Positions 1 to 9,200 of a stretch of DNA of 64,000 nt are shown here, in pieces. Source of the DNA: a virus. A program made the position numbers and the translations under genes. The number at the start of each line of letters is the position of its first letter. Position 1 is the stretch's first letter. The DNA lies in IMG/VR virus record IMGVR_UViG_3300032893_000009, positions 1-64,000 of that record, one strand, 5' to 3'. Below the pieces are notes generated by a model. The model saw only the letters and a list, made by a program, of their open reading frames with translations. It was not told the origin of the DNA and ran no database searches.

Positions 1-2420
1 AACCAAGTAGCCCCGGTCCCGGCTACCCTTCAGTATCCGCAGCCGTGGGTATTTGAACAGAACGAGCAGGCTGTTCTGTCTGGACAACCCGATGAGGACT
101 TCTGGCAGAACTCAGTTGCCCCGGTTCCGCTTGCTTTCAGTCCGCTGCCACCATGGACCTATGACCCCAGCGACATTGATTTCCAGCAGCAGGACGAAGA
201 CTTCTGGATCAACCCCGTTGCTCCTGTCCAAGCGACTCTGCTGTGGCCTCAACAGTGGGCCTTTGATCCCAGTGAGATGGATTTCCAGACCGCTGAGGAA
301 AATTACTGGCAGAATCCAGTAGCCCCAATCCCAGCGACGCTGCTCTGGCCTCAGCAGTGGCCTTTCGATCAGGATGAATCACCCACGCTAGAGGGACAGC
401 TCGACGAAGACTTCTGGAGCAATCCTGTTGCCCCTGTGCAGGCCACGTTGATGTGGCCGCAGCCGTGGACATTTGATCCCAGTGAACAGGCAGCCACTCT
501 TTACGGACAACCGGATGAAGACTTCTGGCAGAACCCGGTGGCTCCGGTTGTTGCGACGCTGGGCAAGCTCTACCTGCCCGATCCTGAAGAGATTCCTGCT
601 GCCACGCTTTCCGGCGTCGCGGAAGAGTTCTTCTGGAATAATCCGGTAGCCCCCGTTCAAGCTACTCTTGGACGTTTATATCAGCCCGATCCCGAAGAGC
701 TGCCCGCTGGTTATTTGTACGGTCAGCCTGATGAAGACTACTGGATCAACCCTGTAGCTCCAGTACAGGCGACGCTGCTGTGGCCGCAGCAGTGGCCATT
801 TGATCAAGACGAACAGGCTGCCGGTGAGCATGGACAACCTGATGAAGATTACTGGCAGAACCAAGTAGCCCCGGTCCCGGCTACCCTTCAGTATCCGCAG
901 CCGTGGGTATTTGAACAGAACGAGCAGGCTGTTCTGTCTGGACAACCCGATGAGGACTTCTGGCAGAACTCAGTTGCCCCGGTTCAAGCCACATTGCTGT
1001 ATCCGCAACAGTGGACCTTTGAACAGAATGAATCACCCACGCTAGAGGGACAACCAGACGAAGACTACTGGCAGAATCCTGTAGCTCCAGTCCAAGCCAC
1101 GTTGATATGGCCTCAGCAGTGGACGTTTGATCCGAGTGAGCAAGCTGCTGGCGAACACGGTCAGCCTGACGAGGATTTCTGGCAGAACCAAGTTGATCCT
1201 GTCGTCGCCTCGATGGGTGCCCTTTACCTGCCCGATCCTGAAGAGCTGCCTGCCCATACATTAAGCGGCCAGCCTGATGAAGATTACTGGCAGAACCAAG
1301 TAGCCCCGGTCCCGGCTACCCTTCAGTATCCGCAGCCGTGGGTATTTGAACAGAATGAGCAGGCATCGCTTGCCGGTCAGCCTGACGAAGACTACTGGCA
1401 GAACCCGACTGCGCCAGTAGCAGCATCTTTGCTCTGGCCTCAGCCGTGGACATTTGAACAGAACGAGCAGGCCAACAAGCTGCATGGTCAGCCTGAGGAA
1501 GATTTCTGGATCAATCCTGTAGCCCCGGTTGTTGCGACGCTGGGTGCTCTTTACCTGCCCGATCCTGAAGAGATTCCTGCGCACACACTGCGTGGGCAAC
1601 CGGATGAAGACTTCTGGCAGAACCAAGTAGCTCCGGTTCCGGCTACATTGCTGTATCCGCAACAGGCCAGCTTCGACGAGCAGATTCCTTCTGGGTTGCA
1701 CAACACGCCGGATGAAGACCTCTGGCAGAACCAAGTAGCTCCGGTACCAGCCACGCTGACGTGGCCTCAGCCGTGGGGCTTTGAACAGAACGAACAAGCC
1801 GTCCTGCATGGTCAGCCTGAGGAAGATTTCTGGATCAATCCTGTAGCTCCGGTCCCGGCGACGCTGGGTAAGCTCTACCTGCCTGATCCCGAGGAGATCA
1901 GCGCAGCCACCTTACAAGGCATCGTTGACGAGCTGTATTGGCAGAACCCGGTTGCTCCGGTTCAGGCTACGCTTGGCAAGCTCTATCTGCCGGAGCCCGA
2001 GGAACTGCCCGTTCTGCATGGTCAGCTCGATGAAGACTTCTGGATCAACCCGGTTGCTCCGGTACAAGCAACGCTGGCATGGCCTCAGCAGTCCGGCTTC
2101 GAGCAGAATGAGTCACCGGCTCTTCACGGTCAGCCAGACGAAGACCATTGGCAGAATCCGGTGGCTCCGGTTCAGGCTACGCTGATATGGCCGGTCCCAT
2201 GGCAGTTCGAGCAGAACGAACAGGCTGTTCTGTCTGGACAACCAGACGAAGATTTCTGGATCAACCCGGTTGCACCGGTCCAAGCTACTCTGGGCAAGCT
2301 CTACCTGCCTGATCCCGAGGAGATTCCGGCCCACACACTGAGCGGCCAGCCTGATGAAGACTTCTGGGTTAATCAGGTCGCCCCTGTTCAGGCGACGCTG
2401 GGTAAGCTCTACCTGCCGGA
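1..2420 (+). repeat. Coding tandem repeat, ~105-111 bp units
   Basis: Recurrent gatgaagac(t)tctggcagaacc..gtagctccggt. Bases 1-127 are identical to 859-985. Confidence 0.95.
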
Positions 2421-2619
2421 GCGGGAGTGGCAGCCTGCGGCACCGCCCATTCTTGAAATCAACCCCGAGTTCTACATCGTGCTGCCGAAGCGCGAGACCT
2501 CGGTCACCTTCCCGGCCCGGTTGTACACAGTTACGTTCTACACTGAGTCCGAGGTCACACTGAGTGCCCGACGTTACCGCATCAAACTTCCCATTCGCTT
2601 CTACGGAGTGACGCTATGA
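1..2619 (+). CDS. Long tandem-repeat virion (fibre-like) protein, 5' end outside window
   Basis: Frame 1 is open from base 1 (NQVAPVPATLQYPQ...), so the listed ATG at 277 is internal. About 22 units of ~36 aa (GQPDED[FY]WxNPVAPVxATL plus a variable half), an R-x-x-x-V-type C-terminus, and an ATGA overlap with the adaptor gene. Confidence 0.75.
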   Translation, partial: NQVAPVPATLQYPQPWVFEQNEQAVLSGQPDEDFWQNSVAPVPLAFSPLPPWTYDPSDIDFQQQDEDFWINPVAPVQATLLWPQQWAFDPSEMDFQTAEENYWQNPVAPIPATLLWPQQWPFDQDESPTLEGQLDEDFWSNPVAPVQATLMWPQPWTFDPSEQAATLYGQPDEDFWQNPVAPVVATLGKLYLPDPEEIPAATLSGVAEEFFWNNPVAPVQATLGRLYQPDPEELPAGYLYGQPDEDYWINPVAPVQATLLWPQQWPFDQDEQAAGEHGQPDEDYWQNQVAPVPATLQYPQPWVFEQNEQAVLSGQPDEDFWQNSVAPVQATLLYPQQWTFEQNESPTLEGQPDEDYWQNPVAPVQATLIWPQQWTFDPSEQAAGEHGQPDEDFWQNQVDPVVASMGALYLPDPEELPAHTLSGQPDEDYWQNQVAPVPATLQYPQPWVFEQNEQASLAGQPDEDYWQNPTAPVAASLLWPQPWTFEQNEQANKLHGQPEEDFWINPVAPVVATLGALYLPDPEEIPAHTLRGQPDEDFWQNQVAPVPATLLYPQQASFDEQIPSGLHNTPDEDLWQNQVAPVPATLTWPQPWGFEQNEQAVLHGQPEEDFWINPVAPVPATLGKLYLPDPEEISAATLQGIVDELYWQNPVAPVQATLGKLYLPEPEELPVLHGQLDEDFWINPVAPVQATLAWPQQSGFEQNESPALHGQPDEDHWQNPVAPVQATLIWPVPWQFEQNEQAVLSGQPDEDFWINPVAPVQATLGKLYLPDPEEIPAHTLSGQPDEDFWVNQVAPVQATLGKLYLPEREWQPAAPPILEINPEFYIVLPKRETSVTFPARLYTVTFYTESEVTLSARRYRIKLPIRFYGVTL

Positions 2620-2924
2620 GCCTTCAATTCAGTCCCAAGGACCCCGCCGAGGTTGTGGTGCTTTCCTTCAACTTCGTCAACCTCCTCGCTTCGGGTGAAA
2701 TCATTCTCAGCGTGACCTTCTCCGTCACCGATCAGAATGGCAACATCAACACGTCATCGGCCATGCTTAGCGGGGTCGCCGACCTTTCAGAGAGCCCGGT
2801 CATCAAGCAGGCGGTGCAGGGCGGCCTCGATGGGCATACCTATCTGATCCGGGCCACGGCCACCACCTCGCTGAACCAGACGCTGGTGGGTGGCGCAACT
2901 CTGGCCGTCTCCTTTGGCTCCTAG
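2616..2924 (+). CDS. Phage fibre-tail adaptor-like protein (small beta-sandwich)
   Basis: N-terminal KDPxE..xFNF motif, GG..GxTY motif, 102 aa, follows the fibre-like gene. Confidence 0.6.
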   Translation: MSLQFSPKDPAEVVVLSFNFVNLLASGEIILSVTFSVTDQNGNINTSSAMLSGVADLSESPVIKQAVQGGLDGHTYLIRATATTSLNQTLVGGATLAVSFGS

Positions 2925-2940
2925 CCAGCTTGCTGTTGAG
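2923..2940 (+). promoter_or_regulatory. Conserved late-gene upstream motif AGCTTGCTGTTG (copy 1)
   Basis: The same 12-mer is intergenic at 6193-6204 and 20140-20151, with 18-nt identity to the 20.1 kb copy. Confidence 0.55.
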
Positions 2941-2970
2941 CGGATAAAGAGCGTGGGGCACTCTTGAACC

Positions 2971-4386
2971 ATGGGCGAAGGGCTGCATCTCGCAGGTGTG
3001 CGTATCAAGGGGATCGTGGCGGGGACGCCGCACCCCAACCGTATGCGCTTTCGTGGTGTGCTGGTCCAGCTGGACACCCCCTCCAGTAAGCCCCCCAACG
3101 GCGCGCAAGGCCATCGAATTCTGGTGCCCGCCAGCGTGGCCAAGCGCCGTCTGAAGACTTTGATCGGCATGGGCCTTAATTACTCTCCCGATCTCGATGG
3201 TCATGCCCAGCGGCGCAAGGTGGGCGTGATTGATAAGGCGTGGATCGACGGCAAGGAGCTTTGCGTGGAAGGCCATGTGTGGAAGCATGACTTCCCCGAG
3301 GCCGAAAAGGATTTAAAGCAAAAGGGTCTGGGCATGAGCATGGAGCTGGGGGACGTGCGAGTGGACCACCCCAACTCCGATATATGGTGTCTGGACGACT
3401 TTCAGTTTTTGGGTGCCACGATACTATGGCGGAACTCCGCTGCGTACAACAACACGCACGCGATTGCGGCGCGAGCCGAGCAAAGGAGAGAGGACATGGC
3501 TGTGCAGAATAAGAAGACGAGAAATGCCGACCCGCAAGGCGAGCGCGTCGCGCAGATCGCCGCCGAAGCTGCCGCGAGTGCTGTGCGCAAGGGCACCGCA
3601 AAGGTTTTGGCGGTCCTCGAAGAGAACACCAAAACGCTGTCGGAAATTTCCGCACAGCATGAAGAGCTGGAATCTCGCCTCTCAGCTCTGGAAACCGGCA
3701 ACATCACCACCATCAATACTGCCAAGGACGACGCTTCGAGTTCTACATCGTCCTCGGCTTCCAGTGCCGATCAGGACTGGAAGGCTGCGCGCAGCGATGA
3801 CAGCAACGATGGCAGCACCTCCAGTGAAGACGACGGCACCGATGACAGCTCCGAGGATGAGGACGACTTGGAGAGCGCGGTGGACAAGGGCGATCTGGAG
3901 GAAGAGGACACCGATTTGGGACAGAAGGCTGGCCACGCCAACGATGACGCCAAGAACCGGGGAAGCGACGGAGCCGGTGATCTGGCCAAGTCGGTGGGCA
4001 AGACCGTCTCCAGCGCCCGCGAACTGGCGCTGCGCACGGCCAACAGGCAGCTCAGGACGCAGTTGCATGCGGCCAAGCAGCAGATGGCCAAGATGGAGCG
4101 GAAATTCGACCACAAGCTCGGCAAGCTGCAGGCGCAGGTGGCAGAGGCCTCCAGCAAGATGAGCCGCAAGTCGATCTCCCCGGAGATCAGCGCCATGTTG
4201 TCGAAGTCCAACATCGACGCCTCCGATCTGTTCCGCACCGGCAGCAAGTTGTCAGTGGCCGAGGTGGACGGCATCATTGCCTCTGCCGGGGTGCTGAATA
4301 CCCCGCAGGACAGGATTGCCATGAAGCAGTCTTTCCTCCGTGCGGGCCTGATGGACGAGGGCCGCGTGGAGCGCCATACCCGCTGA
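2971..4386 (+). CDS. Prohead protease / scaffold protein
   Basis: Directly upstream of the capsid gene. Globular N-domain (DGH...VGVI...GMSME), then an acidic low-complexity linker and a coiled-coil C-terminus. Confidence 0.7.
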   Translation: MGEGLHLAGVRIKGIVAGTPHPNRMRFRGVLVQLDTPSSKPPNGAQGHRILVPASVAKRRLKTLIGMGLNYSPDLDGHAQRRKVGVIDKAWIDGKELCVEGHVWKHDFPEAEKDLKQKGLGMSMELGDVRVDHPNSDIWCLDDFQFLGATILWRNSAAYNNTHAIAARAEQRREDMAVQNKKTRNADPQGERVAQIAAEAAASAVRKGTAKVLAVLEENTKTLSEISAQHEELESRLSALETGNITTINTAKDDASSSTSSSASSADQDWKAARSDDSNDGSTSSEDDGTDDSSEDEDDLESAVDKGDLEEEDTDLGQKAGHANDDAKNRGSDGAGDLAKSVGKTVSSARELALRTANRQLRTQLHAAKQQMAKMERKFDHKLGKLQAQVAEASSKMSRKSISPEISAMLSKSNIDASDLFRTGSKLSVAEVDGIIASAGVLNTPQDRIAMKQSFLRAGLMDEGRVERHTR

Positions 4387-4425
4387 TGAAGTTGGCGGAA
4401 ATCAACAGGGAAGGAGACCTGATCT

Positions 4426-5493
4426 ATGAAGGGCATGGCAGTATTCGTTGATCCGTCAAATAGCCCGATCTTGGCCCAGCTGGGGATGGTGGGACGGGGC
4501 TCGGCTCCAGTGGGTGAGATTTCGGCTGCAGCGGATTATCTGGCTCCCGGCGCGATTGAAGTAAACCGGTACGCGACGGAGATCGTGGACATGGTGCGCA
4601 GGCGCTTTGTCCTCGGTCAGCGCATCAATCAAACTCTGGCCACCGGCCAGCCGCACCGCTACTTTGAGCAGGTAGCGATTCCTACCGCGCAGTCTGTGAA
4701 CCCGCGCACTCTCGCAGCTACCGGTTCACAGCCCACGAGGCAGGAGCGCGTGGTCGGCCTGAAGGCCATCACCGCGCAGATCAACTACGGTCTGTTCGAC
4801 GTGGAGATCAACCAGCAGCAGGGCCAGTTTGCCTATCTTGAGGCAAAGGACCTGACCGACACCGTGGATGGCGTGCTCAAGCTGCACGACCAGAAGCTGT
4901 GGACGGGCGCGGACACCGACCTGTTCCTGAGCACCAGCAACGAGTATTACGGGATCAGCGGACAGATTTTCGCGGGTGCCAACTCCTCGCTGGGCCTGTA
5001 CGGCACCAACGGCGGCCCCACGGTCATCTCCGCCACCGGCTCGCTGGTGGACGGCTACAAGACTGCTGTTGCCGCGATGGCCAACCGCACAGACTTTGAA
5101 GTGCGGCCCACCGCCATCTACGGCAACCCGACGCTGCTCAACCTGTTCGATCAGGAAGTCTACGACAACAACCGCCAGCTCTTCTACAATCAGGTGGAAG
5201 TGCTTCCGGGCGTGGTCGTGAACGGCCTGCCGACGCAGGTGGGCGTGCTGCCGCTGGTTTCCGATCCGGCGCTCAGCAATGTCAGCGGTGCTGGAGGCAA
5301 GACCCAGTACACGGGCTTCATCCTCTCGGACATCGACATGATCAAGTATGCGTATCTGACGGACCCGCTGCCCAGAGTCTTCCAGCTCGGGCTGCTGGGC
5401 AACCTTTCCAGTCAGTACGTGGTGGTCAAGTTCGGTGCCCCGTTCGTGGAAGGTCCCGGCTACGCCCACCAGCCTGTGATCACAATCCGGTAA
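4426..5493 (+). CDS. Major capsid protein (HK97-type fold likely)
   Basis: 355 aa, strong RBS (aaggag), strongly biased codons, follows the scaffold and precedes a terminator. Confidence 0.8.
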   Translation: MKGMAVFVDPSNSPILAQLGMVGRGSAPVGEISAAADYLAPGAIEVNRYATEIVDMVRRRFVLGQRINQTLATGQPHRYFEQVAIPTAQSVNPRTLAATGSQPTRQERVVGLKAITAQINYGLFDVEINQQQGQFAYLEAKDLTDTVDGVLKLHDQKLWTGADTDLFLSTSNEYYGISGQIFAGANSSLGLYGTNGGPTVISATGSLVDGYKTAVAAMANRTDFEVRPTAIYGNPTLLNLFDQEVYDNNRQLFYNQVEVLPGVVVNGLPTQVGVLPLVSDPALSNVSGAGGKTQYTGFILSDIDMIKYAYLTDPLPRVFQLGLLGNLSSQYVVVKFGAPFVEGPGYAHQPVITIR

Positions 5494-5520
5494 CTACCGT
5501 AGGTTAGTCATTTATGGTAG

Positions 5521-5554
5521 AATCCCCCTAGAGCAATCTGGGGGGATTTCTTTT
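5521..5554 (+). terminator. Rho-independent terminator after capsid gene
   Basis: aatccccctaga-GCAA-tctggggggatt hairpin followed by tctttt. Confidence 0.8.
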
Positions 5555-6191
5555 ATGGGGCGTAGTGAGAAGGCAAAGGCTGGGTGGGCCGATCCTGAAA
5601 TACGTGCAAGACGTTGTGCTGCTATAAAGGCTGCGATGCACCGTCCAGAAGTGGTTAGCAAGATAGCAGAGACTCACGCGACTGAGGCGTTTAAAAAGAA
5701 CAAATCACGAGCTTCTAAGAAGGCTTGGCGTGATCCCGGGTACCGGGAGTCTTTGGAAAGTAAGAGGCGCGAACAATTCACGCCAGAGGTGAGAGCCAAG
5801 TTGAGTGCGGCTAGGAAGGCTTTTTATGCTAGTGCTGCTGGTGCCGAGGACTTACAGAATAAGCGCGAGCAGGCTAGGCAGCTCTGGCAAGACCCCACCT
5901 ACCAGAAGCGCGTGGTCCGGGGACTGCGGCGCGCCAGCGGCAAAATATCCGAAGCACAGAAGCAGCGCTGGGCCGGTCTCGGCTGAACGCGCCCGGATGA
6001 CGGAGATCGGGAAGAAGCAGGTTACGGATAAGACGATGACTGCCGCAGACAAGCGCAAGATCACTGCTTTCCGGCGCAGGTATCCCGACGAAAAACTGGT
6101 AGTCTATCGCCGGGCTGGGCTCGAACGGCTGGGTATCGACCTTCGGGATTGGATTCTCGCCAAGAAGGTTGCCAAGGTGAAAGCGGTCTAA
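5555..6191 (+). pseudogene. Degenerate NUMOD3-repeat homing endonuclease (frameshifted, nuclease core missing)
   Basis: 5555-5986 encodes basic W..PE.R.K.S.A helical repeats. A second frame continues SAERARM...DKRKITAFRRRYPDEKLVV, which resembles a PD-(D/E)XK C-terminal tail. No PDF..EVKG motif is present. Confidence 0.5.
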
Positions 6192-6192
6192 G

Positions 6193-6204
6193 AGCTTGCT
6201 GTTG
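6193..6204 (+). promoter_or_regulatory. Motif AGCTTGCTGTTG (copy 2)
   Basis: Intergenic, 33 nt upstream of the polyprotein ATG. Confidence 0.55.
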
Positions 6205-6237
6205 TCCTGTAGCGCTTGAGGAAGGCAGGATAGGGGT

Positions 6238-9200
6238 ATGAGCCTGTCACCCACCCACGGAACGCTTGGCGGGGCATCCCCGTTCGATTTCGAGGCACTA
6301 CGGGACCAGATCATACAGGCCTTCAACCCTGATCAGCCCCGGGTTCCGGCAGGCAACCCCGGAGGCGGTGAATTTGCCAAGGGCGGCGCTCTCAGCGACA
6401 CCGAGATCGAGCGCAGGCTGAAAGCCCCCTCTCTGCCCAACCTGTTCAAGCAGCCCTCAAGCGCCCCATCTTCCCAGCGCAGCTCCACGCCCGAGGAACA
6501 GGCGGCGCGCATCCAGCAGGTGAAGGACAAGGCCAGCAGCGACCCCGAGTGGCACAATGCCGCGCAGGCGGTGGGTGCGCGCGGCGAGCACCGTGACGAC
6601 CCCGGGGTGATGAAGGATGGGCTGTATACGCCATCCGCGCAGGCCGAGAACGACAGGATCGCCAGCGAGTTTCTGACGTCTGCAGCACAGTCTCGCAGTG
6701 GAGAGCAGCCGGTGGCGGTCTTTCTGGTGGGCAAGCCGGGGGCAGGCAAGAGCGGTTTGATTGCCAAGCTGCAGGCGCGCGGTGATCTGCCTCCCACCGT
6801 GCCCATCAATGCTGATCTGGTGCAGGAGAAGTTGCCGGGATACACGCCCGGATTGACGGCGGCCTATCACGAGCGGGCCTGCGACATCGCCCGCAACTGT
6901 CTGACGCCTGCCGTGCTGGCCGGGCGCTACAACGCCTACTTCGACACCACCGACGGGGCCGACCGGCTGGAGAAGACCGCCCGGCAGTTCAAGGATGCCG
7001 GTTACCACATCGTTGTGGTTCATGCCGACGTGGACACCGCGACGTCGGTGGAACGTGTCTACAATAGATTCAGGCAGGATGGCCGCTACATTCCGCTGGA
7101 TATTGTCGAGGGCTACGGCGAGAAACCCAAGAATGCCTATGAGCGGCTGAAGGCCAGCGGCCTTGCCGACGAGTGGAGGGAATATGACACAACAGCCGAG
7201 GGATTTGCTGGAGGCCAATCTGTCGGACAGCCAGCGCGAGTTGTGGAGAAAGGCGCGCGCAGTTCCCGGCAAATACTCAGCCGATCCCGAGGAAGCGTGG
7301 GAGCAGGCGCTGCAGGAAGGGGCCGAGCTGGGAGCCGCGATATTGCGCGAAGGGCAAGGGCCGCCCAAGCCCGCGTAGCCCTGCTCGCCGCCTGCAACGA
7401 GTGGGGCATCCTTGGCGACGGTGAACCCGAGATCACCTCCTACAATCCAGATCAAGCGCGCGACAGTGCTGGGAAGTGGACATCTGGTGGCAGTGAACCC
7501 GAGTCGTGGGTAGGTTTTGATCTGGACGGCACGCTGGCTGAGTACCACGGCTGGAAAGGGTCGGATCACATAGGCGCACCCATCCCCCAGATGGTGCGGA
7601 TTATCAAGAAGCATCTGGCCGACGGCGACAAGGTGAAAATCTTCACCGCCCGGGTGGCCAACGATCCCAAGGGCGTCGCCAAGCAAGCCATTGAAAAGTG
7701 GTGCGTGCAGCACCTCGGCCAGAAGCTGCCGGTCACCTGTGTCAAGGACAGCGGCATGACCATGCTGTACGACGACCGCGCCGTGGCCGTGGTGCGCAAC
7801 GACGGCACGCTGCTCAACGATCCTAGCGAGATTGAGGCCAAGTGCGTCGCCTGTGAGTGTGGCGACTGCGTGATTCATGCCTATAGCGAGGATGAGGCCC
7901 GTGACGAGCATGGCCGCTGGACTGCAGGCATGGAGGAGAATCTGGCTGTCATGTCGCGCACCAGCCATGGCACCGGGCGGGAACCCGACCGTCCGGCACT
8001 AGCGGAGAGCGGCGACGCGCTGGCGGAGAAGGCCAACCAGAACTTCCGCGAGGCTGCCGACTGGGTGTGGCAGCACCGCGACCAGAAGCTGGATTCCGGC
8101 GCGACTGTGCGCCACACTATCGAGAAGCTGGGCAGCATCGTGAACCAAGGCCTGCTGGCTCCCGGGCAGAGCCCGTGGCGGACGTGGAACGATTCGGCCA
8201 AAGGCTACATCCCGGTGGAGAGGATGATGCCCCGGCTCTATCAGTTCTGCGACCAGCTGGCTGCGCGCATGAAGGCTGGCGACGATCCCAAGAGCACCGC
8301 CGCCTTTGTAGAACACGAGTTCAATGCCGAGATTCATCCGCTGGCCGACGGTATGGGCCGCACCACCATGCTGCTGGCGGGGATGACCTTGCTGCAGAAT
8401 GGCCACGAGCTGCCCCGCTATGGCGACCGGGCGGCCTTCTACAAGGGCATCACGTCGCCCGGCTGGGAGGGCTTCTACCACAGCCTGTTCGGGGTGCAGG
8501 CCTTCAGCCCCGACGAGGCCCGGGATGCCTACGGCAGGTGGACGACGGGCGGCGATGTGTATGTCTCGCCCAACGTGGAGGAAAACACCAAGTTCGACGA
8601 GGCCGTGAAGCAGGTGGACAGCGACCGGCAGAAGAACTTCGTCAGTCTAGCGCACCGGGTCTGTGAGGCGGTATTGGGACAGAGCGAGGTGAACAATGCG
8701 GTGGGCGCATGGGCCGACGGCGCGGAAAACTCCACCCACATCACCAGCCACACCGATAATGTCGAGGACCTGAAGTATGCCGGGGCGCTGCTGGCCAAGG
8801 CTGCTCAGCAGAAGGCCTTCCTGTGGTTCAGGCACGACCCGGCGGGCGGCTCGCTGCTCTACACCATTCGGACGGAAGAGGATTTGTCTACAATAGAGAA
8901 GCGCGTCCGGGGTGTCGCCGCTCTGGAGAACCACACCCTCGTGCCTCATTCGTGGGGCACCGAGATACAGGTGTTCGACAAGGACGGTTCTTCAGCGGAG
9001 GCCATCGGCGCATTTTCCGCCGCCCATGGTTACCGGACGACGGCGGCCCGGGGAGAGGGCAATTTCGAGGGCAGCTGGACCAGCCGCGAGGAAGGAGCGA
9101 AGGAATATGACCGAATCATCCAAGACTACGAAGAAGCCCACCCCGGAAGAGCTTACCGCGATTCTCTTACGTTTCAACATCGAGGACGTGACGAAGAAGG

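Noticed and set aside
277-279. ATG 277 as gene start
   Set aside because: The frame is open and the repeat continues back to base 1.
1-2420. CRISPR array or DGR template/variable repeat
   Set aside because: The repeats are in-frame coding units with synonymous variation. There are no unique spacers, no adenine-specific mismatches, and no cas or reverse transcriptase gene in the window.
2911-2940. Sigma54 promoter reading of TGGC...TTGC
   Set aside because: GG-to-GC spacing is 14 nt rather than 10, and it is not conserved in the other copies.
8399-8608. Nested ORF after the Fic domain
   Set aside because: No RBS, shadow-like composition, and the host frame remains protein-like there.
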